A program made the translations under genes and the position numbers. A stretch of DNA of 64,000 nt from Camelus dromedarius (lineage: Eukaryota): contig NC_087436.1 of NCBI RefSeq assembly GCF_036321535.1, forward strand, positions 31,374,001-31,438,000, written 5' to 3'. This document shows, piece by piece, positions 37,208-51,120 of this stretch (within the stretch, counting starts at the first letter, position 1; each line of letters begins with the position of its first letter). The notes beneath the pieces were generated by a model. The model did not search any database. It saw only the letters and a list, made by a program, of their open reading frames with translations, and was not told the DNA's origin.

Positions 37208-38262
37208 ATTCATTCATTAAACAAATTTTACTGAGAGGCTAATTTGTGCTTGGTATTCCACTAAATACTGTTGATACAGTAGTGAACAAAACAGACACAG
37301 GTCTTTGGGTAGCCAGCATATAAGCAGGGAAAACACTGAACACATAATTACATGATAAACATGCTAGGAGCCAGGAAGAGATACAGTGCACTTGAAATCA
37401 TATAATAGGGTGGTCTTAGGGAGTCAGGGAAAGCACATAGTTGAGGAACTGAAAAAAGATCCTTATAGACTGAACGGCAGAGAGTGAAACAGAGGGTGCT
37501 GTGACATGAGCCTGGAGTGGCCAGGATGGACCAGATCATGCAGGGTCATACAAACCATGTTGAATACTCTGCTTTTTATCCTAAAAGCATAAGAAAGATA
37601 TAGAGATGTTTTCAGATAATGATCATAATAAGATATAGATCTTTAAAAGATGATCTAAGATGTCTGGATAGAAAAATAAGAATGCTCCTAAGTAGTTCAA
37701 GAAAGAGGTGATGGCTTAGTTCATACGATGACAATGGAAATGAAAAATGTGGTCATATTCAAATGTATTTAGAAGATGAAATTGGCAGTACTTGGTGACT
37801 GAATATTTATGGGGGTGTAGGGAGAAGAATGACTATACTAAGGACAAGCCAAGAATAATGGTGGTTGATAGCTGTGTTAGTAAGATAAGGAATCCTGGAG
37901 GAAGAGCAGGTTAGGGAGAAAAGATTGCATTCTATTTCAGACTTATATTTAAGGTACCAAGAAAAGAGTTAAGTGTAAGAGGATAAGTTGATAAGTTTAA
38001 GAGTCTGGAGTGCAAAGGAAAAGTCTAGGCTGAGGATATAAATTTTAGAAGTAGCATATAGTGGCCATTAAAGCTGTGGAAATCAATGAGATCACCTAAG
38101 AGGAATATGTGAAGCAAGAAGAAAAATGAATCTCTGCCTTTTTCTAAAAAGTGGTTACTCCTATATGCCAAGACATTCTCATATTTAAAGGAAACTTAAA
38201 GGTCCCAAGATGTTCAGGGTCATGGCAGCAAAGAAAAAGCAATGTTTCTAAGGGAAGGAGCA
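37208..38262 (-). mobile_element. L2 LINE (continues at about 41875-42070 beyond the L1)
   Basis: cattcattcattaaacaaattttactgag tail; ggaccagatcatgcagggtc; aatgagatcacctaagagg. Confidence 0.85.
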
Positions 38263-41200
38263 GAGATCTACTTCTGGTGATGGTGGCACAGGAAGACCAC
38301 TCCACAGAAATCAATTCCTATAAAGTGAAAAATTATTTAAGCAATTTCAGGCACTGGAATACAATGAAAGGCAAAGAAAAACCTGAGAATTGTTTACCCA
38401 CTGGAAAACTGTTACTCAACTGTGTGTTGTTTGGCCTTCTTGCCAGTTATCATTCCAATCCCACCCAGCTTAGACTGCAAAAACCTACAGCTTTATTTGT
38501 CAGAAGTGGATGTACTCAGTTCAGGGCAGGCAAGAGAGTAGCTAAAATCTTAACTGGGAGATTTTGGAAGTAAAAGAGCATGAGAAGTGCTGAGATAATA
38601 AATTGCCCAAAGACTTCTAGATAAATTCTAAGCATAAATGCAGGAGACCTCCAGAAGCTAGCAAATATTAAAAGCCTGAAGAGATTGGTGAATATGTTGT
38701 GCCTTTGAATGCAGTGCTCAACCCACACACAGCTTGGATATACAAAGGATGCAGATGAATTGAAATACATTATCAAACGACTTGACCTAATTGATATCTG
38801 TAGAACCCTCCACCCAACAATAGCAGAAAACACATTCTTTTCAAGTGCTAATAGGATATTCACCAGGATAAAGCACATGCTGGCTATAAACAAGGCTTAA
38901 TAATTTAAAAGCATTGATATCATACAGAGTATGTTTTCTGACCAAAATGGAATTTAACTATAAATCAATCACCAAAAGAAATCTGGGAAAACTACAAATG
39001 TGTAAAAATTAAATAATAAACCTTTAAATCACCTATGAGTTAAAGAAGAAATCACGAGGAAACTAGAAAATATTTTAAATTGAATGAAGCAAAATGAAAA
39101 CACACATATCAAAATCTGTAAGATGAATCTAAGGCAGACCGTGAAGAAAACTTTACACCTATAGTAAAAAAGAAGAAAGGCCTCAAATCAATTATCAAAG
39201 GGTCTACATTAAGAAGCAAAAAAAAAAAAAAAAAAAAAAAAATTAAATCCAAATAATCTAGAAGAAAAGTAGTAATAAAGAGCAGAATGGAAATAAGCAA
39301 GACAGAAAAAAAGACACGCATTACGGGAAAATCAATGAAACTAAAAACTGGATTTTTAAAAAAAATTTTTAAATATCAATAATGAATAAATATTTAGCTA
39401 GCCTGGACAAGAACAAAAAAGATGCAAATTAGCAATATGTGGAGTGAGAAAGGCAGCATTGCTACTGACTTTATAGAAATCAAAGTGGATTATAAAAATT
39501 TTGTAAATAATCTTGCATGAGTAAATCTGATAATATAAATAAAATGGACAGATTCCCTGAAAGACTAAACTTACTACTGTTAGTAACTAACCAGTGTAAC
39601 ATATTACTAAATTACAAGCTACTAATAAAAATTCTGAATAGGCTTAGCTCAAGTAAAGAAACTGAATTAATAACTTTTAAAAATCCTCCTTTAAAGAAAG
39701 CATCAAGCCCAAATGACTTCACCGATGAATCCTACCAAACATTTAAGGAATAAATAATAACCATCCAACACAAACTCCTTCTGAAAACAGACAAAGAGAA
39801 AGAAGTTCTAATTCATTTTATTAGGCCATTATTACTCTGACAAAGACATCATAACAAAAGAAAATTACAACCCAATATCCTTCATTAAAATTGATGCAAA
39901 TATCCTTAACAAATTATTAGCAAATTGAAGCCAAAAAATAATAACACCCATTCATAATAAAAATTCTTCACAAACTAAGAATGGAAGGGAACTTTCTCAA
40001 CCTAATAAAAAGGATTTATGAAAAAACCTGCAGCTAATATCATATTTAACTAGAACACTTTTAGATAATACAAGAAGAGCAAAGCAAGAACTCTCTGCTC
40101 TCCCCATTTTTATTCACTACTAAAGATGTAGCTAGTTCCATAAGACCAGAAAAACAAATAAAAGACACACAAATTAGAAAAGAAGTAAAACATTCTCTTT
40201 TTTGCAAACAGCATGGTCCTGTACACAGACAATCCTAAGGGATCTACAAGTAAGCTAAAAAAATGGATTTATCAAGGTCACCAGACTATAGATCAATATA
40301 TAAAAATCTATATTGTTAAGATGGAAATTCTCCCCCAAATTGATCTATAGATTAAATGCAATTCCACTGAAAAATCTCAATAGGATTTTGGAAGAATTGG
40401 CAAGTCAATTAAAAAATACATATTATAATTTGAAGGATCTAGAATAATCAAAGAAAAACAAAGTCAGAGGCCATACACAACCTGATTTCAAGACTTACTT
40501 AAAACTACAGTAATCAAGAAAGTATGGTATTGACATAATGATAGGCATATAGAGGACAGAAATAAACACACTTACATGTCAATTGGTTTTTTATAGCCAC
40601 CAAGGTAATTCTATGGGAAAAGGATAATCTTTTCAACATATTGTTCTGGAATAACTGTATATCCAATATGGGGGGAAAACTTAACTTATTCCTCACACCA
40701 TAGACAAATTTTAATTCAAAATAGATCATGGACCAAAGCATAAGAGCTAAAATCATAAAATTTGGGAAGAAAACATAAGAGGAGACTTTGGAGAAACTTT
40801 GGTGACCTTGTATTAGGCAAATGTTTCTTAGCTAGCACATAAAAAATACTAACCATAAAAGAAAAACAATTGACAAATTAGACTTAACTAAAATTAAACA
40901 CTTTAGTTTATAGGTCTCCATTAATAAAATGAGAAGACAAGCCATAGACTGGGAGACTTTATTAATAAAATGTATATCAGATCTGAAGGACTTGCATTCA
41001 GAATATAGATAGCTCTTATGATTCAATAAGGAGATTAGTAACAATTTTTAAATGTGTAAAAGATTTAAACAGACATTTTACAAAAAAAAAAAAATATATA
41101 TATATATATATATGAATGGCCAGCACATGACAAGCTAAGCATCGCTGGTCACTAGGGAAATGCAAACTTAAAGCACAGTGATATACCAATACATACCTAA

Positions 41201-41872
41201 TAGAATAACTAAAATTTTAAGTGTTGCTGATGCTATGGAGAAACTGAAGCCCTTATACACTGCTGATTGGAGTACAAAGTGGTACAGCCACTTTTTTAAC
41301 CAGTTTGGCACGTTCTTAAAAAGTAAAAGCATGTATCACATGACCCACGATTCTTTTCTAGGTGTTCACCCAAGGGAAATACAAGCATATGTCCACACAA
41401 TGACTTTTACACGAATGTGTATAGCAGCGTTTTCAATACAGTCAAAAAATAGAAGTAGCACAAGTGTCCACCAACTAGATAAACAGAATGTGGTCTATCC
41501 AAACTACAGGCAATTACTCAGCAATTTTTTAAAAGTGAACTAATCATACATGCAAGCAAATGAATGAATTTCAAAATATCATGCTAAGCGAAAGGGGTCA
41601 GATATAAATTTGTACATACTATATGGTTCCATTTATATGACTTAGAAATGGCAAAAGTAGTACCAGAAAATATGTAAGTGGTTCCTTGGGGCAAGGTGGG
41701 TGTGATGAGGAGCAAAGGGAACTTTAGGGATGATGGATTTGGTCTTAAACTTCATTGTAGTGGTGCTTTAATGACTGTATACCTTTACTAAAGCTCAACA
41801 AAATGTATGTTTAAAATGGATGAATTTTTTTTGTATGAAGGTGTTTAAAATTTTTTAGAACAAAAAATAAAA
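38263..41872 (+). mobile_element. Old L1 (L1MC/MD-like) with 5' end, deleted ORF1, fragmented ORF2 and 3'UTR, nested in L2
   Basis: ORF 38709-38900 (LDLIDICRTLHPTIAENTFFSSANRIFTRIKHML) resembles the L1 ORF2 endonuclease; 39517-39753 (PNDFTDESYQTFKE) is the pre-RT region; 3'UTR and A-rich tail end at about 41870. Confidence 0.92.
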
Positions 41873-43279
41873 AGGAGAGAGTGGTTAAGTGAACCAAAAA
41901 TTGGTAAGAGATCAAAAACAAAGAAGACAGGTCATCTTCCATTGAAAGGAAAGTTACAAAGGTCTTTTATGATCTAAATAAGGATAGTTTAGTGGTTTGG
42001 GGGGAAGCAGAAACCAAAATGGAGTAAGTTGAGAAATCCATAAGAAATGAAGAAATGAAGACAGTCCACTTTATGTGTCAGATCCATTCTGGTTAGCCAG
42101 CCAGGGAAGAATAAATGGCATTTTCTGTACCCCGGGCCTATGCCAGGAGACTGTTCAATCTTCATGAATAAGTACTTTGAAATGCTTCCAGGGACCTCAC
42201 CTATCTTACATCTTAGTAGGAGTGTTGCCTAGTGCATCCCATTTTCTGTCATACCACTGCAATGGCCTCTCCATGAGTATTTCTCCCCACATTAAGGAGA
42301 TGGAACTAGAGGGGTCCCAGAATACTTATTTGCTGAAGTTTTAAAGCATGGACACTTAAATGTTACATTAAGAACAACAGAATATCCAAACTGGGTCAAT
42401 GAGGAGTAGATACTTCTATTAGAATGGATCTTAATAAATCCATCCTTCTCAATGAAGTTTTCTCGGCCACTGGCCTGACAATGAAATCTGTATCCATATA
42501 ATAGTCATTGTTCATAATACTCAACCTGCAATTAATCCTCTTCTACCTTGTAGCATGTCTTGGAATTCTGGAATGGGGAATGTTAGAAAAGAAGACAGTG
42601 AGGCAAAGAATAAGGCTCAGGGACGTGAAAAACATGACAGACCTACAGAGAAAGCTGGCAATTGAAAAATTCCATTCAGCAGGATTAGGGCTCCTTTTAG
42701 GAATGAGAAACCCAATGTCCATTTTAAATTAATTCCATGTAATCTCCTTCACCTCTCCAAACTCAAAAAGTTTACACACACACATACACACACAAACACA
42801 CACACACTACCTTCCAAGAATGGTATTTGGGAAGAATCGAGGAAAACAGCCTGGGTTCCATGGAAGGATCAGCTCAGAGCCACTAGAACCACTGAGGAAA
42901 TGACATGGATGAGATTGAGAGTCCTCGGGAACATATGTGGAACTTGACCACAAGAACACAAGCCCCAGTGAATTCACAGAAATACTGGTGGAGTTTCAAC
43001 TATCCTTTCCACATAATGAGGGTTAGAGTGTTTAAACCAATTTTATTTAAGTCTCAAAGGATGAAGTGATCTCAACGAGAACCTAAACATATCTAAACAA
43101 AGACAAAGGAAGCAAACTAAGAGAAAGAAGCCTAGGCAGGAGGGCTGAAAAGAGGATTCTGGGCAGGAAAAGGGGGTGCTATCATGGTGGTCAGCAGAGA
43201 GGCATGTGAAAGAACCCAGGCCTGTATCAAAACCAAAGTCCACAGACAAGAAGCAAAGCCACGTTCCAAGTACAGAGAC

Positions 43280-43490
43280 AGCTATAGCGTAGTAATGTGA
43301 ATATAGCATCTGACATTAAACCAGCTTGGAATTGAATTCCAGCTTTGATATTAGTAGTGTTGCTTCAGTTTACTAATCTGAAAAATGGGAATAATATATA
43401 TATTATTTTTGTTTGTTTTAAGGATGAAATGAATGTGAAAGCATTTAGAGTTCTTGGCATATGGTAAGCAACCAACTTGTGCTACTATTA
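43280..43490 (+). mobile_element. MIR SINE
   Basis: cttggaattgaattccagctt..cttcagtttactaatctgaaaaatgggaataat..ttggcatatggtaagca. Confidence 0.75.
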
Positions 43491-43564
43491 TTGCTGTTGC
43501 TGCTGCTGTTACAGAAGGCAAGCTCAAGGTCTAGGAGTTTTGGTTAGAGAAGGAGACGAAGCAG

Positions 43565-43740
43565 GGAAGCTCCTTCAGTGTGCCTGAGCATTCCTAGGAA
43601 TTTCTTTTTAAAAGACCGATGCCCAGACTTCAGCCCCCAAGAATCTGACATAGTAGCTCTGGGTAGGACACAGGGATTTGCATCATTTTTAGTTCCCAGG
43701 TGATTCTGGTATAGATGGCACATTAAGAAATAGGACTCTA
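43565..43740. mobile_element. MER5-like hAT-Charlie MITE
   Basis: ttaaaagaccgatgcccagacttcagcccccaagaatctgacatagtagctctggg..ggatttgcatcatttttagttcccaggtgattctg. Confidence 0.65.
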
Positions 43741-45809
43741 GAGGGAAGCCCTCTGAGAGACTGATTTTTCTTGGAAAGCTGAGCAACAGTTAACGTCATT
43801 AAGACACATCCAAAGGTGACACCTAGGCGATCAGGCCACAGGACCCAGTTGGGAGGATGTTAAAACTGCAGACTGAAAGAAATTAAGCAACAAAGTTTGA
43901 CAAGGCCAAAGCCAAATAAGGGCATAAAAAGCTGTATGTAAACATCAAAATGACCCTTTCACAATAAGAAACCAAGAGTCAGCCAGTAAACATGAGGCCA
44001 GAGTAGGATCAGCCACGTAAAAGAAAACAACTCGGGATGAGGCGTGAATCCTGGGACGGCGGCAAAGAAGCAGGGTTGAGTACGAGAGCCAAAAACACAG
44101 GGATGAGTGGCCGGGGAGGGGATAGGGAAGCAGATTAATTAGACAAAGAGATAAAACTACAGTAGTATATTTTAAAATATTATTTGTATAGAACATTTTA
44201 CATTCGTTATTTTATACTCAAAGCATGCTAGTCTCAATTAGGTAATTTTTTCAAATAATCCTAATGATCTCCTTTTCCACATAAGGAACCAAGACTCAAA
44301 GGGGAGCTACTGCTTACCTACATAACTTACCCACATAACTTAGCTGGTCAGTAGAGGAGCCCAGCAGTCACTCCAGATCCTCTGATTAGACTCCAGGATA
44401 CTATCCAGTCCACCACATGCAGGTGGAGGAGCAGAGTGTGAGGGAGGGAGACCAGCAGTGAGGAAAGGGATGCCCCCTCCACCTTCATTCAAGGAACATA
44501 CCTCTCTGCAGCCAGAACCTCTTTTATCATTAAAAAACCCATGGGGATCTGTATGCAAAAATGTCCAAGAGCCGCTAGGTGTTTGAAGAGCCATCAGATT
44601 TGGGGGTGAAAATGGAAGCTCAAGGTATTCTTTAGGACTTGGCTTCAGAGACTGCTCAGTTACAGCATTAAGTGTTATTTCCTGCTGATGTATCGTTCTG
44701 CACCTCATGAAGGTGTTTGATCTGCCCACATTTTAAGGCCACACTGTAACCATCCTACAGGCCAGCAGGATGTTTCCTCTTTCCAGTCCTACAGAAACAA
44801 CCCTATGGTATTAGCTGATAACGTTTAAGCCACTTGAGATGCCTCACTTAGCAAGCAAGAACATATTGGGTATGACTGAGAACTAGAGTCTTAATTATAG
44901 TACTGTGTACCTGAGGTAATTATTCACAAGATGTAGTGGTGCTTGAGACTGTTATTTGTGATCAACTCAATTAATGCAATTTGACCTGCCCCACAAGTGA
45001 AGTCAATTACCTGGCAATCACAAAAGTCTCGTGACAGCTTCAAGCCGATTGTTCCAAAACAGCTTCAAGTGATTGATAGATGATAGATAGATAGATATTT
45101 ATTTTTTATTTTTATTTATGTAATTGTATATAAATCTTTCTTGCATTTACCTATTCCTTTAGGAGAAAATCACTCTCTACTCAAGTCCCAGCGATCACAA
45201 AATTGGTATTCCATCACGTATTTTCCTGTCAGAACACTCTCTAAAATGTTTCTATCAAGTTTCATGGAGATCTGAAATGAACATAAGTGACCAAGCTAAA
45301 TCAGTCACTCTATGCCACTTGGTCAGTACTAAGTGGTGTTGGAGGGTACACCAAAGTCCTACACTCACAATGTACTGGTCACAGGTCTTTAACAAATGAG
45401 GAGCACGGTATCATGAGATGTACATTAATTTTTCATTTAAATAACAAAATGAACAGTACGATTAAAATAGAGTTAGTTATCTCAATCATTTAAAACCAAC
45501 ATCTGGCTGTGTCTACTCAAGGAAACAATGCTGACCAAAATGTTTAAGTTTTCCTTCTGAATTATGATAATTTGACTGGCTTAGTTCTAATGGAAGGTAA
45601 TTAAATTATGGAAATTAATCCTTAGCATGGAAGTTGCAACACAGCATCATTAATAAAATATTCAAATTTCAGCTACTCCAAAAAAATTTTTATAAAGTAT
45701 CTTATTTCTCTCATTCAATTATAAGATACCTAGCACGACATCAAAAGAGGCATGAAGACCTATGCCTATGAGTGATTTGGCATAAATTCCCGAACCAGGC
45801 AGAGAACAA

Positions 45810-46040
45810 CAACAATAATAACTATATGTATTCAGTCAGCATTTACTCCATATCAACCACTCTGCTAAGCGTTTTTCATGCAATATTTTACTTAACCCTA
45901 GAAACAACCTGATGAGGGAAGACTGTTACTCTCTCCATTTTCTTACATCAAAGCTAAGACTAACCACGTCTAGGTAACTAATCCAAGCTCACCTAACTAG
46001 TAGTGGTCAAACTTTGACTCTAGCCAGGCCTGTCTATCTC
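45810..46040 (-). mobile_element. MIR SINE
   Basis: actctgctaagcgtttttcatgcaatattttacttaacc..acaacctgatgagg..ccaagctcacctaactagtagtgg. Confidence 0.75.
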
Positions 46041-47202
46041 TAGCTGTGAATACAGACTGTGCATAGTATCCCCAGCTGGTCACCTTAGAGCCCTTCTGGG
46101 CCAATGCCTCTTTATATGGGGAAGGACACGAGCCCAGGGAAAACCTACATTATTATTAGACAAAACTAAAACTCAAGCCAACTGATTCTGCTTTTGCGCT
46201 CTAAATGATAAAAGATCATTTTAAGTTTCTTCCTCCTGTTATTCTCTAACAAGTGTGTAGATATTCCAACAAAAATACTTTAGTTCTTAATTAAATCAAC
46301 TGTTTTTCATTCCTATTATCACTGAAGTAGAACATTTAATAATTAGAGTATTTATTCACCATAGGTTTAGCGTGAAATTGTGACTCTGTTCCACCTTGTA
46401 AGGCTTCATATTTCATTATTCTCAGGCTTCAGACCATATACCACATCCAGAAACCATGCTTGTGAGCAAAGTATCTTAAGAAACCAAATCAGCATTCTCC
46501 AGGCTTGGTCAGAGTCACCTGCTTAGCAGGGGCTTAATCACAGTCAAGAGAGAAAATCACCATGTATTTAACAGTACTGTTTTATGGATTGATGAATGAG
46601 TCAAAATAAAAATTATTCTACTATTTAAGGTTAAACCAATACTTTGGCAAATAATTACTACTCAGCCTATTGTCTATATTTTTCACCTACTAATCATTTT
46701 GAAAAAAAATCTGCTTTTAAAATGTTAAGGTATATTTTTCTAGTTAAAGGAAACATGAAAATTATGGCCTTTAAAGAAATTACATATCACTGTTTCAAAC
46801 ATACCATAGGCTACATATTTTGAGGGCTTCTGACACTATAATAAAATTAAATCCTGGTAAATAACATATTTTTCAGTGCACTGGTGGTTTATGATAAAAA
46901 TAAAATCTAACAACAGAAAAAGAACATCAGGCTGAATGGAAATGGTGAGTTATAAGCAATCTGAAAGCCAAGTTGTCCAGGATTATAAATACTTACATGT
47001 CACTAACATTAGAAAACTGAACTTTGGGGTCCCTTGCTTGAGAGGGGAACTGACCTTGAAACTCTTGCATTGAGTAAACAACCTGGAAGGAGATTAAGGA
47101 AGTCTCAGAACTCTGAGTCTTGGGGCCATCGGCAGGAGAAGCAAGATAACCTGACACCCACAATAAATGAGGAACTTCAAAATGTATTAAAGCAGTCTCT
47201 GG

Positions 47203-47355
47203 CAGGGCTGGGACTACAGTGAGGCAAGAGAAGCACCTAGGGTGCAACTTTAGGAAGGCACACCTGCATGACTGAGAGTGAGTGCTGAGAATGAGTGCCT
47301 CCTTAAATTATGTGTCCTAGAGAGCCTCACTTGTCTCACCCTGGTCCCTGCCCTG
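47203..47355. mobile_element. MER96-like hAT-Tip100 palindromic MITE with perfect 8-bp TSD
   Basis: TIRs cagggctgggactacagtgaggcaag / cttgtctcaccctggtccctgccctg; TSD gtctctgg at 47195-47202 and 47356-47363. Confidence 0.9.
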
Positions 47356-47644
47356 GTCTCTGGTTGATACCACAGCCCTAGCTCTGCCAGAAGCAAGCGC
47401 AAATCTTCTAGAGATGAAGAACCTCAGGATTTCCACAGGTGAAGTTCAGTCAAATATGAGTTCACACATGCCACTAAATCCACAAGGTAACAACTACTAT
47501 GATTTACAGTTAGTAGAAAAAACAAAAAATTTGCCTGGATACAGAAGGACCTCAGATATTGGAATATCTGATAACTGGTATAAACTATGTAAAGATATAA
47601 AAGATGGAATAAAAAAGTGAGTAAGTAATCAAAATAAGTATAAC

Positions 47645-48995
47645 AATACAGGTCAATGTAATAGAAAAGACAATCCAGGAATAAGCCTCACATTTTTGGT
47701 CTGCTGATTTTCAACAAAGGTATCAAGTGATAAAAAGAGTAAACTATTCAACAAATGGTGCTGGAATAATTTAATATGCACATAAAAAAGAGAATTTAAA
47801 CTCTTAGTTCATATATCATACAAATATTAACTCAAAAATGATTAAACACCTACATGTAAGAGCTAAAATTATAAACCTCCTAGAAGTTTCTAGAATAATT
47901 TTTCCCTTGGTTTAGACAAAGATTTCTTAGATATGATATTAAAAGAATTATCTAGGTAAAAAATGTTGATAAATTAGGTTTTATCAAAATTAAAAGTTTT
48001 TGCTCTTCAAAAGAGACTATTAAGAAAAAGAAAAAACTTCCATGAGACAATATATGCAAATCATATATCTGATACAATAAACTTATATATGGAAGGTAAA
48101 AAGAATTCTCATTACTCAATAATAAAAAGGCAAACAATCCAATTTTTAAGAATGGGAAAAAAAAGAATTAAAAAACACTTCACAAAAGAAAACATATGAA
48201 TAATGAACAAGAACATGAAAAGATGCTCAGTATAATCAGTCCTAAAGGAAATGCGTATTTAAACCACAATAGGATATCACTGCATATCCACCAGAATAGC
48301 TAAAATTAAGACTGCCAATACCAAATATTGGCAAGGATGCAAACCAACTGAAACACTTATATTGACAATGGGAATGTAAAATAATACAATACTTTGGACT
48401 ACTGTTTAGCAATTTCTTATAAAGCTAAACATAAACTTACTATGTAAGCTAGGAATTCCACACCTAGCTATCTACCAAAGAGAAATGAAAACATGTACCC
48501 ATACAAAGGCTTGCACATAACTATTCATAGAAGCATTATTGATAATACTCAAAAACTGGGAACGACCAATGTGTCCATCAGCTGATGAAAGGACTTTTAA
48601 AAATATGGCATATCCAAACAATGGACTATTATTCAGCAATAAAAAGAGCAAGTTACTGATATATGCAACAAGATAAATTTCAGTCATCAAGTTACATTAA
48701 AGAAGCCATATACAAAAGACTATACATTGTATGATTTTACTTTCAAGAAATTTCTAGGAAAGGCAAAACTATAGAGACAAAGTAGGACAGTGGTTGCCTG
48801 AAGCTAGGTGTGGGAGTGGGGACTGACTCCAGATGAGCATGGAGGAACTTTTTGAGTTGATGGAAATGTTCTAAAACTAGACTGTGGTGATCATTGTACA
48901 ACAGGATACATTTCCTAAAAATCATCAAACTGTATATTCATAGTGGGTGAATTTTATATTATGTAAATCATACCTCAATAAAGCTGTTTTTAAAA
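47645..48995 (+). mobile_element. L1 3' portion (L1MB/MC-like)
   Basis: tattcaacaaatggtgctggaataa..catgaaaagatgctcag..ggaaatgttctaaaactagactgtggtgat..atacctcaataaagctg. Confidence 0.9.
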
Positions 48996-49215
48996 ATGGA
49001 TAATTAACAATGACCAGTTTTATTAAAAGAATGAAATAGAAATTATTATATAAAAAATACAATAGCCAAATTTAAAAGTTCTACAGATGGAATTTGGAGT
49101 ATAGAGTAAATCAAAGTATTACACCAGATCTCCTGAAATGGTTAACCATACTGTCATCATGGAAAAGAATATTCCTGTTCCTAGGAAAGTCATGCTAATA
49201 TATTGAGTTAAATAG

Positions 49216-50229
49216 ACTTAACAACAACTACAACAACAACAAAAATAACCCAATACAAAAATGAGCAGAAGACCTAAACAAGCAATTCTCCAGTGAAGAC
49301 ATACCAATGGCCAATAGCCACATGAAAAAATGTTCAATATCACTAATTATCAGAGAAATGCAAATCAAAACTACAATGAGGTATCACCTCACACTAGTCA
49401 GAATAGCCATCATTAAAAAGTCCATAAACAATAAATGCTGGAGAGGGTGTGTCAAAAAGGGAACCCTCCTACACTGTTGGTGGGTAGTTTGGTGCAGAAT
49501 TATGCAAAACAGTATGGAGATTCCTCAAAAAACTAAAAATAGAATTACCATATGATCCAGTAATCCCACTCCTGGGCATAAATCCAGAGAGAACTCTAAT
49601 TTGAAAAGATACATGCACCCCAGTGTTCAAAGCAGCACTATATACAATAGCCAAAACATTAGGTAAGCAACCTAAATGTCCATCAACAGATGACTGGATA
49701 AAGAAGCTGTGGTATATGTATACAATGGAACAATACTCAGCCATAAAAAAAGAATAAAATAATGCCATTTGCAGCAATGTCAGTGGATCTGGAGATTGTC
49801 ATTCTGAGTGAAATAAGCCAGAAAGAGAAAGAAAAATACCATGATTTCACTTATATGTGGAATCTAAAAAAAAAAAAAAAAAGAACTTATTTACAAAACA
49901 GAAACAGACTTACAGACATAGAAAACAAACTCATAGTTACAAGAGGGAAAAGAGGGTGGGAAGGGATAAAATGGGAGTTTGAGATTTGAGATACTAACTA
50001 CTATATATAAAACAGATAAACAACAAGTTTATACTGTATAGCACAGGCAACTATATTCAGTATCTTGTAGTAACCTATAATGAAAAAGAATATGAAAAGA
50101 AATATATATGTGTATGTATGACTGAAACATTATGCTGTACACCAGAAATTGACACTACATTGTAAACTGGCTATACCTCAGTAAAAAATAAAATAAAATA
50201 AAGACTATATCATATACCATTTAAAAAAA
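49216..50229 (+). mobile_element. Young lineage-specific L1, 5'-truncated, 8-bp TSD, possible 3' transduction
   Basis: ORF 49307 ([44 protein letters not shown]) is the L1 ORF2 C-terminus; TSD ttaaatag at 49208-49215 and 50230-50237; splits an older L1MC-like 3'UTR. Confidence 0.93.
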
Positions 50230-51120
50230 TTAAATAGTCATGATATATGCAGCCTTTCTTCAAGTGGTTCAGAAAAAAATTAATTGTATGTATGTGTGTG
50301 TGTGAGGTGGGAGAGGGCAGTAATAAATAATAAGGCAAATGTTCTCTGTACCATTTTTGCCACTTTTTTGAAAGATCAGTTTGTTTCAACATAGGAAGTT
50401 GATCATTTAAAGACTATTAAAATAGACAAACTTCAGCGACACAACTGATAAAAAGAGACGCAAATAAACAATATTAGAAACGAAAAGGAGGATTTACCAC
50501 AGACATGATAGAAATGAAAAAGACAGCAAAATAAAAAAATTTATAGCAATAAATTTGGAAAAGTAATGACTAAATTCCAAGAAAATATAACTTATCAAAA
50601 AGTGACTCAAGAATAAAAGCCCTAACAGTTCCATAATTATAAAGACACTAAATCAAGAGTTAAATTTTCGTACAAATAAACTGGCAGTCCCAGATAGTAC
50701 AACCAATGAATTTTATTGGATTTTCAAGGAACAAATTATTCTAAAATTTTATGAACTCTTCCAGAGAATAGCAAAAAAGGTAACACTTAGGTAACTAATT
50801 TGTAAGGTTGGTATAACTCTAGTACCAAAACTAGATAAAGGCAGAAAGAAAATTTTAGCTCAACCTCACAAATAAATAGACTAAAAAAATCACCAAACAG
50901 AATACTGGGAAACTGAATACCATAATATTTGAAAAATAATAAATCAAGACCAAATTAGTTTTTTTTTCCAGGAATGGAAAGAAAGTTTAGCATTAGAAAA
51001 GCTATAAATGTAAAATACTACATTTACTTATTTAAAGATAAAATCATATTGTTATTTCAAGAGATATAGAAAATGATTTGATAAAATTCAAACCTGTTCA
51101 TAATTTTTTAAAAAATATAC

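Noticed and set aside
38709..41543. Functional L1 ORF2 or a domesticated gene
   Set aside because: Many stops, frameshifts and large deletions; no long open frame
45034..45075. Short direct repeat acagcttcaag..gattg next to (GATA)n
   Set aside because: Ordinary local slippage duplication; similar trivial tandem duplications at 19543-19562 and about 25927-25950
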